Of a DNA stretch of 64,000 bases, positions 24,881-36,750 are shown in pieces (the first letter of the stretch is position 1; every line of letters begins with the position of its first letter). The stretch is from Cetorhinus maximus (lineage: Eukaryota). A program made the translations under genes and the position numbers. Under the pieces are notes generated by a model. It searched no databases. It had not been told where the DNA came from and worked only from the letters and a program-made list of their open reading frames with translations. The stretch lies in NCBI RefSeq assembly GCF_964194155.1, contig NC_135901.1, positions 26,722,001-26,786,000 of the forward strand. Direction: 5' to 3'.

Positions 24881-25548
24881 GATTCACAATAACAGGACTG
24901 AGAGCATTTAACCCTCAGGAAAGACTGGGGCTGCTTTTCTCTAGAAAAGAGAAGACTGAAGGGTGACCTGATGGGAGTCTTTTAAGATGATGAAGGGGTT
25001 CAATAATCCAATAAGGATTTCTTGAGAAACCTCTTTACCCAGCAAGTGGTGAGAATGTGGAACTCGCTACCACAGCGAGTGGTGGAGGTGAATAGCATGA
25101 ATACATTTAAGGGGAAGCTAGATACATACACGAGGGAGAAAGGAATAGAAGGATATGCTGATGGAGTGGGGGGAGATGAAGAGGGGTGGGTGGAGGCTCA
25201 TGTGGAGCATAAAAACTTACAGAGAGCAATTGAGCTGACTGGCCTGGCCCCTGTGCTGTAGACTCAATGGAACAGAGACAAATGTATTTATTTTAGGTTT
25301 ACCTGTAGTGGGAGGAAGAGCACTATTTACTATCCAGGATAAAATAAATGTCCTTCATCAGCTTTTGTGGATCATTTCAGTAGAAACGTGCGCTCCCAGG
25401 CTCAAAGTGCATCAGCCCACTGGAAGCAAAGCAGTGAGACCGGCCAGTCCAGCAGAAAGAAGCTCCCCGACCCTCCCATTTCACCAGCTGTCAGAACGGA
25501 CATGGTTCATTTCTGAATGTGCTTAACAGCAGCAACCAACCCCTGTAA

Positions 25549-26586
25549 TCACTTGTGAACTCGCTGGTGTCTCAGCAGGTTGGATGACTGAATGAATCCC
25601 TTCCCACACTCAGAGCAGGTGAACGGCCTCTCCCCAGTGTGAACTCGCCGGTGTGTCAGCAGGTTGAATGAATTACTGAATCCCTTCCCACAGTCGGAGC
25701 AGGTGAACGGTCTCTCCCCAGTGTGAACTCGCTGGTGTGACCACAAGGCGGACGAATCACTGAATCCCTTCCCACACGCAGAGCAGGTGAACGGCCTCTC
25801 CCCGGTGTGAATGCGTTGGTGTGTCTGAAGGCTGGATGACGTTCTAAAGCTCTTAGCGCAGCGAGAGCAGCTGAACGGTCTCTCCTCAGTGTGGATGCAC
25901 TGGTGGACCCTCAGATCCACAGCACTTTTGAAGCCACTCCCACAGTCGGAGCATTTAAAGGGTCTCTCGTTGGTGTGAGTGACATGGTGTCTCAGCAGAT
26001 GGGATGACTGAGCGAATCGCTTCCCACACACGGTGCAGGTGAACGGCCTCTCCCCGGTGTGAACACGCTGGTGTGCCAGCAGGTTGGACGACCGAGTGAA
26101 TCCCTTCCCACACTTGGGGCAAGTGAACGGCCGCTCCCCGGTGTGAACTCGCTGGTGGTTCCGCAGGGTGGATGAATCACTGAACCCCTTTCCGCACACA
26201 GAGCAGGTGAACGGCCTCTCCCCGGTGTGAACGCGCTGGTGTGTCAGCAGAGCGGATGAATGCGTGAACCCCTTCCCGCAGGCAGAGCAGGCGAACGGCC
26301 TCTCCCCAGTGTGACTGCATCGATGAATCTCCAGCTTAGTTGCGGATCTGAATCCCTTCCCGCACTCAGGGCAGGCGAACGGCCTCTCCCCAATGTGAAC
26401 CCGCTGGTGTGTAAATAAGTTGGATGAATTACTGAATTCCTTTCCGCACTCATAGCAAGTGAACGGCCTCTCCCCGGTGTGGCTGCGGCGGTGAATCTCC
26501 AGCTCCGACGGAGAGCGGGATTCCTTCCCACAGTCCCCGCATTTCCATGGTTTCTCCACAGTGCGGGTTTCCTTGTGACCCTCCAT
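25549..26586 (-). CDS. C2H2 zinc-finger protein C, 345 aa, 12 fingers
   Basis: ATG-initiated ORF MEGHKETRTVEKPWKC; last exon starts 26926, micro-exon 27737-27786, exon 1 donor 27859. Confidence 0.9.
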   Translation of the reverse strand: MEGHKETRTVEKPWKCGDCGKESRSPSELEIHRRSHTGERPFTCYECGKEFSNSSNLFTHQRVHIGERPFACPECGKGFRSATKLEIHRCSHTGERPFACSACGKGFTHSSALLTHQRVHTGERPFTCSVCGKGFSDSSTLRNHQRVHTGERPFTCPKCGKGFTRSSNLLAHQRVHTGERPFTCTVCGKRFAQSSHLLRHHVTHTNERPFKCSDCGSGFKSAVDLRVHQCIHTEERPFSCSRCAKSFRTSSSLQTHQRIHTGERPFTCSACGKGFSDSSALWSHQRVHTGERPFTCSDCGKGFSNSFNLLTHRRVHTGERPFTCSECGKGFIQSSNLLRHQRVHK

Positions 26587-27845
26587 GTTTGACGATCAGT
26601 TGAAGCCTCATCTACACATAAAACGCACATGCGATCTCGCCTCGCTGTAAATGGTACGGTGTTTTTTTCAGGTCATCTAACTGATTAAAGCTCATTCCAC
26701 AGTCAGTGCACTGGAACAATCTCACTCAGGTGTGTCTGTCTCGTGCTCCTTTTCCAGTCACACTGATGTTTAAAACCGTTTGAAGCAGACAGGACAGACA
26801 AACATTTCCCCTTCTAAGTTCATAGACCAATGGTATTAAGTTCCCAATGAATTGAGTGACTCTGTCAGGTCTCAACGTGACGTTTGGTTTGAGATTACTC
26901 TCGGCAAATCCTCCCCTCCTAATATCCTGTAAAAGGAGTTTACAAAAGTCATCACTGTCAGTACATAATTGAAATTCAGAAGAGACAATTTGAGTTTATA
27001 TTTCCCAAAAGTCATCCGAGACAGACTCCCTCCATTCTCACTCTGCCGTCCCTAAGATTCACCCTCCCAATTCTCCTGAAGGAGCAATTCATGCCAATTG
27101 ACAGATCCAAGGGCACTGCGTCTTGTCCTGGACGCAATATATTTGATATATATGCATGAAACAGGATGAAGAATGTGTGGTATGCAGTAGTGTATTTCTT
27201 AATTAGAGATACAGTGGGAGGGAGATGTGAGGAAGAAATTTATTTAGGCAGCGAGCGGTCTTAATCTGAAACTCACTGTCTGTGAGGATGGTGGAAGTAG
27301 GGACGGATGATTTAAAAATGAAAGTGAATGGGCACTCAAAGGACATAAACGTACACGGGAATGTAGAGAGGGAATGGGACTGGCTAGATTGCTCCACAGA
27401 GAGTTGACATGGACTTGAGTTAATGAATATGGTCTCCTTCTGTGCCATAATGACTCTATGACTGAAAATATATATGCATTACCACATTTAAAAAACTAGA
27501 AATAATAAATGCAATTTATTACAGAATCATAAATAATTTATATGGAAGTTGTATGATATAACAATACTACACAAATCTCGGTCCTATATTAATTTACAGT
27601 CCCCTTAAATGTCAGGCATCTCCTGGGGGAAACCACCCCTTTCATTGTGTACCACCCCTTTAATTTTAGCCAGACAAATAAATGTGTCAAACTGAGGTAG
27701 CAAAGGATGTCAATGTCTTTAATGACCCAGGGCAACCTTTCCAGAGTCTGCACCCTCCCTGGATTCAGTTCCTTTCCCTTCAGTTCCTGCAAGTCAACAA
27801 TTTCCCCCCAGAATGAGAAAAGAAATGGAAAGGGGGAGAAACGAA

Positions 27846-28550
27846 AGTGTTTTACTCACAGATGTTGGACACAGGAGAAGGTTTGAGTGCGTGTGAAGCT
27901 AAATCTGTAGTGAGATGGGGAGGGGGAGAGAGAGGAGGAGCAGCAGCTTTGCTGGGCAACAATGAGCCAGGTGAACAAGTTCATCGTCCAACATCCGCGT
28001 TCAGACAATGGGGGAAGCTCCGTGCAGCCATCGGGACAAAGCCCGCGCTCTGATTGGTTGGAGGACCAGAATCTCTTCCGATCCTCCAGCTCTGTCCATT
28101 GGTCAATTCGCGGTACGGCCGGACTGTGGGTGCGTCACCCGAGCCCACGTGGGGGTAAAGTCACTTTTCACCTCCAAACGCGCGCGCGCTGAGCTGTTGT
28201 CCAATTCTGCGGAACGCCCCCCTCTGAATCTTTGTGACGTTCAAAAAAGGCACGCTGCCTGAGTCAGCCAATAGGAATCGTTCTGCTCCGCGGTGACGTC
28301 CTCGGTTTCCAGTCAGGAGGCCAGGCGCGAGAATTGGGATTGGGGGAGCCCCGCCCCCCCCACCCCTCCACCTCTTGGAGCCAAGGGTACAGGCAACCGG
28401 CTGACTACTCCGGCCAATAGGGAGGGCTGGAGGACCGGAAGGACCCTGGTCCTCCAGCCAATCAGAGCGTGGGCTTTGTGTGAATGAAGATTGAGCTTCA
28501 CACAGACTAAAACTTCCTCTTGCGCCCAACATCTGTGAGTAAAACACTTC
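27846..28550. promoter_or_regulatory. Quasi-palindromic bidirectional CpG promoter of the ZNF-C/ZNF-D pair
   Basis: Inverted copies of the exon 1 end CCAACATCT|GTGAGTAAAACACTT at both edges; inverted CCAAT-dyad modules 28035-28104 and 28411-28480; TGACGT motifs. Confidence 0.8.
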
Positions 28551-28552
28551 CA

Positions 28553-30445
28553 GCGGTGGTGGGAGTGAATGTTTGTGGATGGGGTGGCTGCTTTGCCCTG
28601 GACGGTTTCGAGCTTCTTGAGTGTTGTGGGAGATGCACTCATCCAGGCAAGTGGGGAGTATTCCATCACACTCCTGACTTCACAGAATCACACGGTGCAG
28701 AAGAGGCCCTTCGGCCCATCGAGTCTGCACTGACACGTGAGAAACACCTGACCTATCTACCTAATCCCATTTACCAGCACTTGGCCCATAGCCTTGAATG
28801 TTATGACGTGCCAAGTGCTCACCCAGGTACTTATTAAAGGATGTGAGGCAACCCGCCTCCACCACCCTCCCAGGCAGCGCATTCCAGACCGTCACCACCC
28901 TCTGGGTAAAAAAGTTTTTCCTCACATCCCCCCTAAACCTCCTGCCCCTCACCTTGAACTTATGTCCCCTTGTGACTGACCCTTCAACTAAGGGGAACAG
29001 CTGCTCCCTACCCACCCTGTCCATGCCCCTCATAATCTTGTACACCTCGATCAGGTCGCCCCCTCAGTCTTCTCCGCTCCAACGAAAACAACCCAAGTCT
29101 ATCCAACCTCTCTTCATAACTTCAATGTTTCATCCCAGGCAACATCCTGGTGAATCTCCTCTGCACCCCCTCCAATGCAATCACACCCTTCCTATAATGT
29201 GGCGACCAGAACTGCACACAGTACTCCAGCTGTGACCTCACCAAGGTTCTATACAACTCCAACATGATCTCGCTACTTTTGTAATCTATGCCTCGCTTGA
29301 TAAAGGCAAGCGTCCCATGTGCCTTTTTCACCACCCCACTTACATGCCCCTCCACCTTCAGAGATCTATGGACACACACGCCAAGGTCCCTTTGTTCCTC
29401 AGAACTTCTTAGTGTCATGCCGTTCATTGAATACTTTCTTGTCAAATTACTCCTTCCAAAGTGTATCACCTCACACTTTTCAGGGTTAAATTCCATCTGC
29501 CACTTATCTGCCCATTTGACCATCCTGTCTATATCTTCCTGTAGCCCAAGACACTCAACCTCACTATTAGCCACCTGGCCAATGTTTGTGTCATCCGCAA
29601 ACTTACTAATCCTACCTCCCACATAGTCATCTATGTCGTTTATATAAATGACGAATAATAGGGGACCGAGCACAGATCCCTGTGGTACGCCACTGGACAC
29701 TGGCTTCCAGTCACTAAAGCATCCTTCTGTCATTACCCTCTGTCTCCTACAACTAAGCCAATTTTGAATCCACCTTATCAAAGACTTGTGCCTTGTAGAT
29801 GGTGGACAGGCTTTGGGGAATCAGGAGGTGAGTTACTCACTGCAGGATTCCCAGCTTCTGACCTGCTCTTGTAGCCACAGTATTTATATGGCTGGTCCGG
29901 TTCAGTTTCTGGTCAATGGTAACCCCCAGGATGTTGATAATGGGGGATTCAGCAATGGTAAAGCCATTGAAGGCCAAAGGGCGATGGTTAGCTTCTCTCT
30001 TGTTGGAGATGGTCATTGCCTGACACTTGTGTGGCACTAATGTTACTTGCCACTTGTCAGCCCAAGCCTGGATATCGTCCAGGTCTTGCTGCATTTGGAC
30101 ATGGACTGCTTCAGCATCTGAGGAGTCGCGAATGGTGCTGAACATTGTGCAATCATCAGCAAACATCCCCACCTCTGACCTTATGATGGAAGGAAGGTCA
30201 TTGATGAAGCAGCTGAAGATGGTTGGGCCTAGGACACTACCCTGAGGAACTCCTGCACTGATGGTCCTGGAACTGAGATGACTGACCACCAACAACCATA
30301 ACCATCTTCCTGTGTGCTAGGTATGACCCCCACCAGCGGAGAGTTTCCCCCCCCTGATTCCCATTGACTCCAGTTTTGCTGGGGATCCTTGATGCCACAC
30401 TCAGTCAAATGCTGCCTTGATGTCAAGGGCGGTCACTCTCACCTT
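28553..30445 (-). mobile_element. Internal fragment of the tRNA-headed LINE family, interrupted by a CR1
   Basis: [34 protein letters not shown]; colinear with ~18160-19040. Confidence 0.85.
28681..29782 (-). mobile_element. Young 5'-truncated CR1
   Basis: TSD GACTT (28676-28680, 29783-29787); highly similar to 12840-13920. Confidence 0.9.
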
Positions 30446-30820
30446 GAGTGACAGTATATTAGGAACAGCAGAGTGAGAATGGAGGGAGATTGTGTAAGAC
30501 AGAGATTTACAGCTTTGGGGGATCGACAGAGGGAAAGAATTTTCCTTAGAAACTAGAATTGTCTGTTCCGAATGTCTACCTTGTACTGACCGTGATGCTG
30601 TTTGTAAACTCCTTTTACAGGATATTAGAAGGGGAGGATTTACAGACAGAAATCTCAAAAACAAACATCACTTCAAGATCTGACAAATTCACTCACTTCA
30701 TCAGGACCTGAATATCATCGGCCTTCGAAACTAGAAGGAGAAACGTTTGTCTGTTCTGTCCACGTTCTAAGACTTAAACATTGGTGTGACTGGGAAAGCA
30801 CAGAGGTGCACACACCCGAG

Positions 30821-31205
30821 TCATAGAGTTTTACAGGGTGGAAAGAGGCCCTTCAGCCTATCCTGTCCGCGTCGGTCATCAGGCCCCTGATCCCATTTAA
30901 TCCCATTTTCCAGCGCTTGGCCCATAGCCTTGTATGCTATGGTGCTTCAAGTGTTCATCTAAATCTTAACCGTTGAGGGTTCCTGCCTCTACCACCCTTT
31001 CGGGCAGTGAGTTCCAGATACTCCCCTGCTCCCCTCCCCACCCACCCTCTGGGTGAAAAAAACTTTTCCTCAAATCCCCTCTAAACCTCCTGCCCCTTAC
31101 CTTAAATTTATGCCCCCTGGTTATTGACCCCTCCACTTAGGGGAAAGGTTTCTTTCTATCGACCCTATCTATGCCCTTCATAATTTTGTACGCCTCAATC
31201 GGGTC
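30821..31205 (-). mobile_element. CR1 3' end inserted in the 5' UTR part of the ZNF-D last exon
   Basis: CR1 tail interrupting the consensus CACACCCGAGT/GAGAGTGT segment. Confidence 0.75.
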
Positions 31206-31372
31206 TGAGTGAGAGTGTCCCAGTGCACTGGCTGTGGAAGGAGCTTTAACCAGTTACACAGTTGAAAAATAATCACAGCACTCACAGCAGGGAGAGACCG
31301 TACACGTGTCCTTCCTTTGCACGAGGCTTCAACTGATCACCCAACCTGGAAAGACACAAGGGCAGCCGCACC

Positions 31373-32050
31373 ATGGAGAAACCGTGGAAATGTGGGGACT
31401 GTGGGAAAGGATTCAGATCCCCATCCCGGCTGGAAACCCACCGCCGCAGCCACACCGGGGAGAGGCCATTCGCCTGCTCCGTGTGTGGGAAGGGATTCAC
31501 TCAGCGAACGAGCCTGGTACGACACCGGATGGCTCACACCGGAGAGAGGCCATTCACCTGCTCGGTGTGCGGGAAGGGATTCACCACCTCGACCTGTCTG
31601 CTGGCGCACCGACACATTCACACCGGCGAGAGGCCGTTCACCTGCTCCGAGTGCGGGAAGGGATTCAACAAGTCATCCACCCTGCAGAACCACCGCGCCG
31701 TCCACACGGGGGAGAGGCCGTTCAGCTGCTCCACGTGTGGGAAGGGGTTCACTCAGGCGTCCAACCTGATGAGACACCAGCGGGTTCACACCGGGGAGAG
31801 GCCGTTCACCTGCTCCGAGTGTGGGAAAAGATTCAGTGACTCGTCGACCCTGTTGACACACCAGGGAATTCACACTGGGGAGAGGCCGTTCACCTGCACT
31901 GTGTGTGGGAAGGGATTCGCCGATTCAGCCACCCTGCGGAAACACCGGCGAGTTCACACCGGGGAGAGGCCGTTCACCTGCTCCATATGTGGCAAGAGAT
32001 TCAATCAGTCCTCCAACCTGCTGAGACACCAGCAAGTTCACACCGATTAA
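31373..32050 (+). CDS. C2H2 zinc-finger protein D, 225 aa, 8 fingers
   Basis: [10 protein letters not shown] start; last exon starts 30621; exon 1 donor 28535. Confidence 0.9.
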   Translation: MEKPWKCGDCGKGFRSPSRLETHRRSHTGERPFACSVCGKGFTQRTSLVRHRMAHTGERPFTCSVCGKGFTTSTCLLAHRHIHTGERPFTCSECGKGFNKSSTLQNHRAVHTGERPFSCSTCGKGFTQASNLMRHQRVHTGERPFTCSECGKRFSDSSTLLTHQGIHTGERPFTCTVCGKGFADSATLRKHRRVHTGERPFTCSICGKRFNQSSNLLRHQQVHTD

Positions 32051-32167
32051 ACACCTTTCAGATGTTCTGAATTAGGGTTGTCAATTGTATCAATTAAGGT
32101 TAAGCATGTATAGTTGGTGGGCATTGATTGGATGGTTACTTGAGTACAAGTAAAGAGAGACTGACTA

Positions 32168-32350
32168 GGGGAGGCGGTGGCATAGTGGTGTTGTGGCTGG
32201 ACTGGTAATCCAGAGGCCCGGGTTAATGCTTTGGGGACACAGGTTCAAAATCCCACCACAGCAGCTGGTGGAATTTAAATTCAATGAATAAACCTGGAAT
32301 TGAAACCACAAACCGTTGTCAACTGTTGTAAAAACACATCTGGTTCACTT
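32168..32350 (+). mobile_element. 5' part of a tRNA-derived SINE (same family as 51213-51574)
   Basis: A box TGGCATAGTGG, B-box-like GGTTCAAAATCCC, body GGTGGAATTTAAATTCAAT. Confidence 0.75.
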
Positions 32351-32459
32351 GTGAAGGAATAAAGGTCAAATAATACGGAATATTAGAGACTTGCTGACAC
32401 AGAGTGCAGTGGGGCCAGCAGGAGTGACCTTGTAGTGAGGATTGCCTATGGCTAAGGAG

Positions 32460-33475
32460 TATGACAGTTCTACTTGACTAGGTTTGGTGATGTCACACTA
32501 AAAAGAGTATTGATTCCATGCAAAATAGCTGTAGTCAGGCACTTCATCAGCACTGGTGTAGTCTGTAGTGGGAATACCCTTACTGTTGAGTAAACCTTCC
32601 ATGAATAAGGCACAAATGAAACTGGACACAGAGCACGATAAGGCAATTTAACGTCAGTGGATCTGCAGTTTACTCAATCAGGACATTATCATATCCCCTT
32701 AACAATACCTGATGTTTCTAATCAGAGTGAGAAAGGTTCACAGCAGCAGGTGGCAAGATCTGAAAGCTACACAATTTGCTCATCTGTCTTGTCGAAGATT
32801 AAAAATCCTGCTAAAAGATGTAGAGGAGGTTGATGAAGAGTATACAAGGCTCATAGAAGAAATTAGTGCAAAGTGTGAAATGTGTGAAAAGTATTGGAGG
32901 ACACCGTTGCATCCTATTGTAAACCTTCCCTTGGCATGTGACTTTAATGAGGTCGTTGCCATGGATCTAAATGTATGGGACAAAGACAGAAATATTTTCA
33001 TTCTACACTTTATAGACATGGTAACCCGATTTAGTCTTTCTCCAATAGTACATGGCAAGGATGAAAGGGTGATTATCGACCAAATCCTGGAGAAATGGAT
33101 AGGGACTGGACCTGGGGCACCAGCTAAGTTTCTGACTAATAATGGAGGGGAGTTTGCGAATGATGAGTTTAGGGATGTGTGCGAAAACACGGACATTATG
33201 GTCATGAACATCACAGCTGAAAGTCCTTTCAGCAATGGACTCTGTGAAAGGAATCACACGGTGATCAATGAAATGATGCAGAAAATCTTAGCTGTTCAGC
33301 CAAACTGCAAGTTGATAACTGCACTGGCATGGACGATTCATGTAAATAATTCACTTCAGATGGTTGGAGGGTATCGTCCCCATCAATTGGTCTATGGGAG
33401 AAATCCCAAATTATCCTCTGTGCTGGGTGATAGCCCTCCTGCTTTAGAAGGGACTACAATTAGTTCCAATTTTAA
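32460..33475 (+). mobile_element. Degenerate protease-integrase fragment, probably GalEa-type Ty1/Copia
   Basis: FGD...IPLLLSK protease-like segment directly upstream of QFAH...C..C and integrase core FNEVVAMDL, ILHFID, NNGGEF, ESPFSNGLCERNH. Confidence 0.65.
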
Positions 33476-33640
33476 TCATCAATTATTGGATTGTTTCACA
33501 AAAAGAAGCGCTCGAGCTAAGAAATTATTGGGGATCCTAAAAGATCTTAAAAGTCTTACAATGTAGTAATGCTTTGTACAAAATAAGGAAAATCATATTT
33601 TTTCCTCTTTGATTTGTTTTGAAATAATGTTTGTATGTAT

Positions 33641-34837
33641 TGTCACGATCCCGGTTGGGACCGTTAATGATTAAAGAGAAATTCGAACACCCAGTAATAA
33701 ACTGAAAGAATTGTGCCACAAGATTCCACGTTTTTAAACAAAAACAAACTTTACTGCATATATCAAGCAAAACAAAATTAAAAACCAGCACTACGAACTT
33801 AACACTATAATTTATAAAGACTTGAGCTATAAACCCAGTTCTACTTTTTAACTCCCCCTAAGGGTTCCTTTACTTAACGATATCTTAAAGGTTCATTCAC
33901 TTCTGTTCCTGTGACCATCCTAAAAGTATCTCCAGAATTCACTTTAATTCTCTTGAGTATTCCAGCTATTCTCCAACCTCCAAGGTTTTATGGGGGTCCT
34001 TCCATTGGCTTTTGGCTCAGCAACCATCAAACTTCCCTTTAAGACCTCAAAACGGTGGACTCCTCAGTCCAAGCGTGGGCTTCACTGCCTTCTCGCTGAG
34101 GGATTTCAACATTAGGAACACCCCTGGTTCCTAATGGCCCTCTAGGCTTCTAGTCCCACAGCTGGTTCACAGCTCCTGGTCCCACATTTCCTGCTGACTG
34201 ACCAAGCTGCCTGCAGGCTCATGACTAAAACTGCCTTCAGTGACCAAACAAAAGTCACAACGGGTCACTCATTTTTTAAGTTTTCACACGATCAGCTCTG
34301 ACCTTTATTGAATCAACACGTCATCTTTTAACTGTAATTAACCCAGGCTTGTTTCACGTGCATTTACATCAGAGTTGTGTTTACCTGTTTAGAACATAAG
34401 AAATAGGAGCAGGAGTAGACCGCTCGGCCCCTCGAGCCCGCTCCGCCATTCAATAAGATCATGGCTGATGATCTTGTGTTTCGATTTCCATGTTCCCATC
34501 TAACCCCGATAACCCTCGCTTCCCTTGCCTAACAAGAATCTATCTACCTCCGCTTTAAAAATATTCAGTGACCCCCCCACCTCCACCGCCTTCTGAAGCA
34601 GAGAGCTCCAAAGTTGCACAACCCTCAGGGAAAAAATTTCTCCTCATCTCTGTCCTAAAAGGGTGATCCCCTAGTTCTGGACTCCCCCACAAGAGGAAAC
34701 ATCCTTTCGATGTCCACCTTGTCAAGGCCGTTTCTCAACCAAGTGTTTCCATTTATCTACATTTAAAAGAATTCCAATCTCAAAACTGAAAGTTATTTTC
34801 CAAAACATATGAATTGTGAAACTAGACACTTGCAACA
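33641..34837 (-). mobile_element. Putative solo LTR of a second family, with a CR1 tail nested at ~34390-34730
   Basis: TG...CA ends; similar end in opposite orientation at ~40700-40795; no TSD seen. Confidence 0.45.
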
Positions 34838-34844
34838 GCCGATG

Positions 34845-35878
34845 ATGGGCCGAAAGGCCTCCTTCTGTGCTCGATGAACGTTGTGTGCATTGAAAAGAGG
34901 GAGATCATTTTCAATTGTGGGTGGCATATTAAAAAAAGCAGTCTCCTCTTCTCTGTATGTTTAGTTTAACACTTAAATCTCCCTTGGCATTCTCTGGGGT
35001 GACAGATGGAATTTAATACAGAGAAGCGTGAGGTGATGTGGTTTGGCAGAAGGGATAGGGAGAGGCAGTGTAGACTTAATGGCACAGTTCTGAAGAGTGA
35101 GCAGGGACAGAGGGTGCTGGAGGTTCATGCGCAGAGATCATTGAAGACGGCAGGACAGAGTGAGAGAGGAATTAGCAAAACACATGGGATCTTGGGCTTC
35201 AGAAATGGAGAGCTTGAGAACAAAGGCAGGGAATTTATATCAAGTTCTGATCAATTCAGCCCTCAGCATCGTCGCCTGGCTGTCAGTGACACGAGCAATA
35301 GGGAGACAGAAAGGTGCCGGAGGCTCAAATGAGAATTTGAAACTTGTGGCTCTAAACCAACACTTCAACATTTGTCAGTCCAGTGCATTTATTTATACTG
35401 TGGTTTTCTTATTAGCAGATTTTGGCACTGGAGGCAAATGGTGGGATCTTTAAATGGGTAAAGAATAAGAAAATTGCAGAGCTATGGGATTAATTGGGTC
35501 GCTGTTTCAAAGAGCTGGCATGAGCACGATGGGCCGAATGGCCTCCTTCTGTGCTCCACCATCCTCGTGTACATTTAAAGGGGGGAGGCTCATCTTCAAT
35601 TGTGGGTGACAAACTAAAGAAAGCGGTGTCTCCTCTGCTCTACATTTAGCTTAACACTTAAATCTCCCCTTAACATTCTCTGAAGTGGCAGATGGAATTT
35701 AATACAGAGAAGCGTGAGGCGATTTGGTTTGGCGGAAGGGACAGGCAGAGGCAACATAGACTGACTGGCACAGTTCCAAAGAGTGAGCAGGGACAGAGGC
35801 TCCCTGGGGGTTCATGTGCAGAGATCATTGAAGGTGGTGGGGCGATTGAGAGAGGAATTAGCAAAGCAAGCGGGATCT
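34845..35878 (+). repeat. Direct duplication of a ~360-bp unit (34845-35210 and 35528-35878) containing CR1 pieces
   Basis: Shared TTCAATTGTGGGTG...TTAACACTTAAATCTCCC...GATGGAATTTAATACAGAGAAGCGTGAGG. Confidence 0.8.
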
Positions 35879-36095
35879 CCGACTATGAAGCCTTTCCGTG
35901 TCAGGATACACACATGGCAGACAAAGCACCTGCTTCCGGCTGTTTCTCCTAGATTGTTTCTTTCCCTGAACTAGCCTGAAGCCAGAGGGTATCGCTTGAG
36001 GGGCACCAATCCACATCAAGCCTGTCTGAGCAGGAGTCGCTCCCACTCTTACCGCCTGCCATAGGTGTTGCTGGGAGGATTCGCGGATTGATAGA

Positions 36096-36750
36096 ATCTT
36101 GGGCTTCAGAAATAGAGGTACTGAGTACAAAAAGAGGGAAGTTACGCTGAACCTTTTATAAAGTTCCGGATAGAACCAAATACATTATTGTATCCAGATC
36201 TGGTCACCACACTTGAGGAAGGGTGTGAGGGTCCTTGAGAGGGTGGAGAGGAGATTTACCAGAATGGTTCCAGGGATGAGGGATTTTAACCGCGAGGTCA
36301 GGTTGGAGAAACTGGGGTTGTTCTCCATGGAGGAAAGGAGGTGGAGGGGAGATTTGATGGAGGTGTAGAAGATTCTGACAGGTTTAGATAAGGCGGACAG
36401 AGAAAAGCTGTTCCCATCAGCTGATGGTGCCAGGAAGAGGGGGTGGGGGGGTGCGGGAACAGAGCTTTCAGGTTTGGACAAGAGATACAGTGGGCTGGGG
36501 GGGGGAGCAAGTGAGGAGGAATATTTTTACATGGTGAGTGGGAATGATAACTCAGTGCCTGTGTGGGCGGTGGAAGCAGAGACAATGAACAATCTCAAAA
36601 TGAAATTGGATGGGCAGCTGAGGGAAATCAACTTACAGGGCTACAGGGAAAGAACGGGGCAATGGGATAGAGTGGCTATGCTCCAAAGAGCGCCGGCATG
36701 AGTTCGATGGGCCGAATAGCCTCTTTCTCTGCCCTACTGACTCCATGATC
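36096..36750 (+). mobile_element. Old CR1 3' fragment
   Basis: Degenerate ORF2 C-terminus and tail. Confidence 0.75.

Noticed and set aside
31306-31839. Alternate-frame and antisense ORFs over ZNF arrays
   Set aside because: By-products of the repetitive 84-nt finger unit
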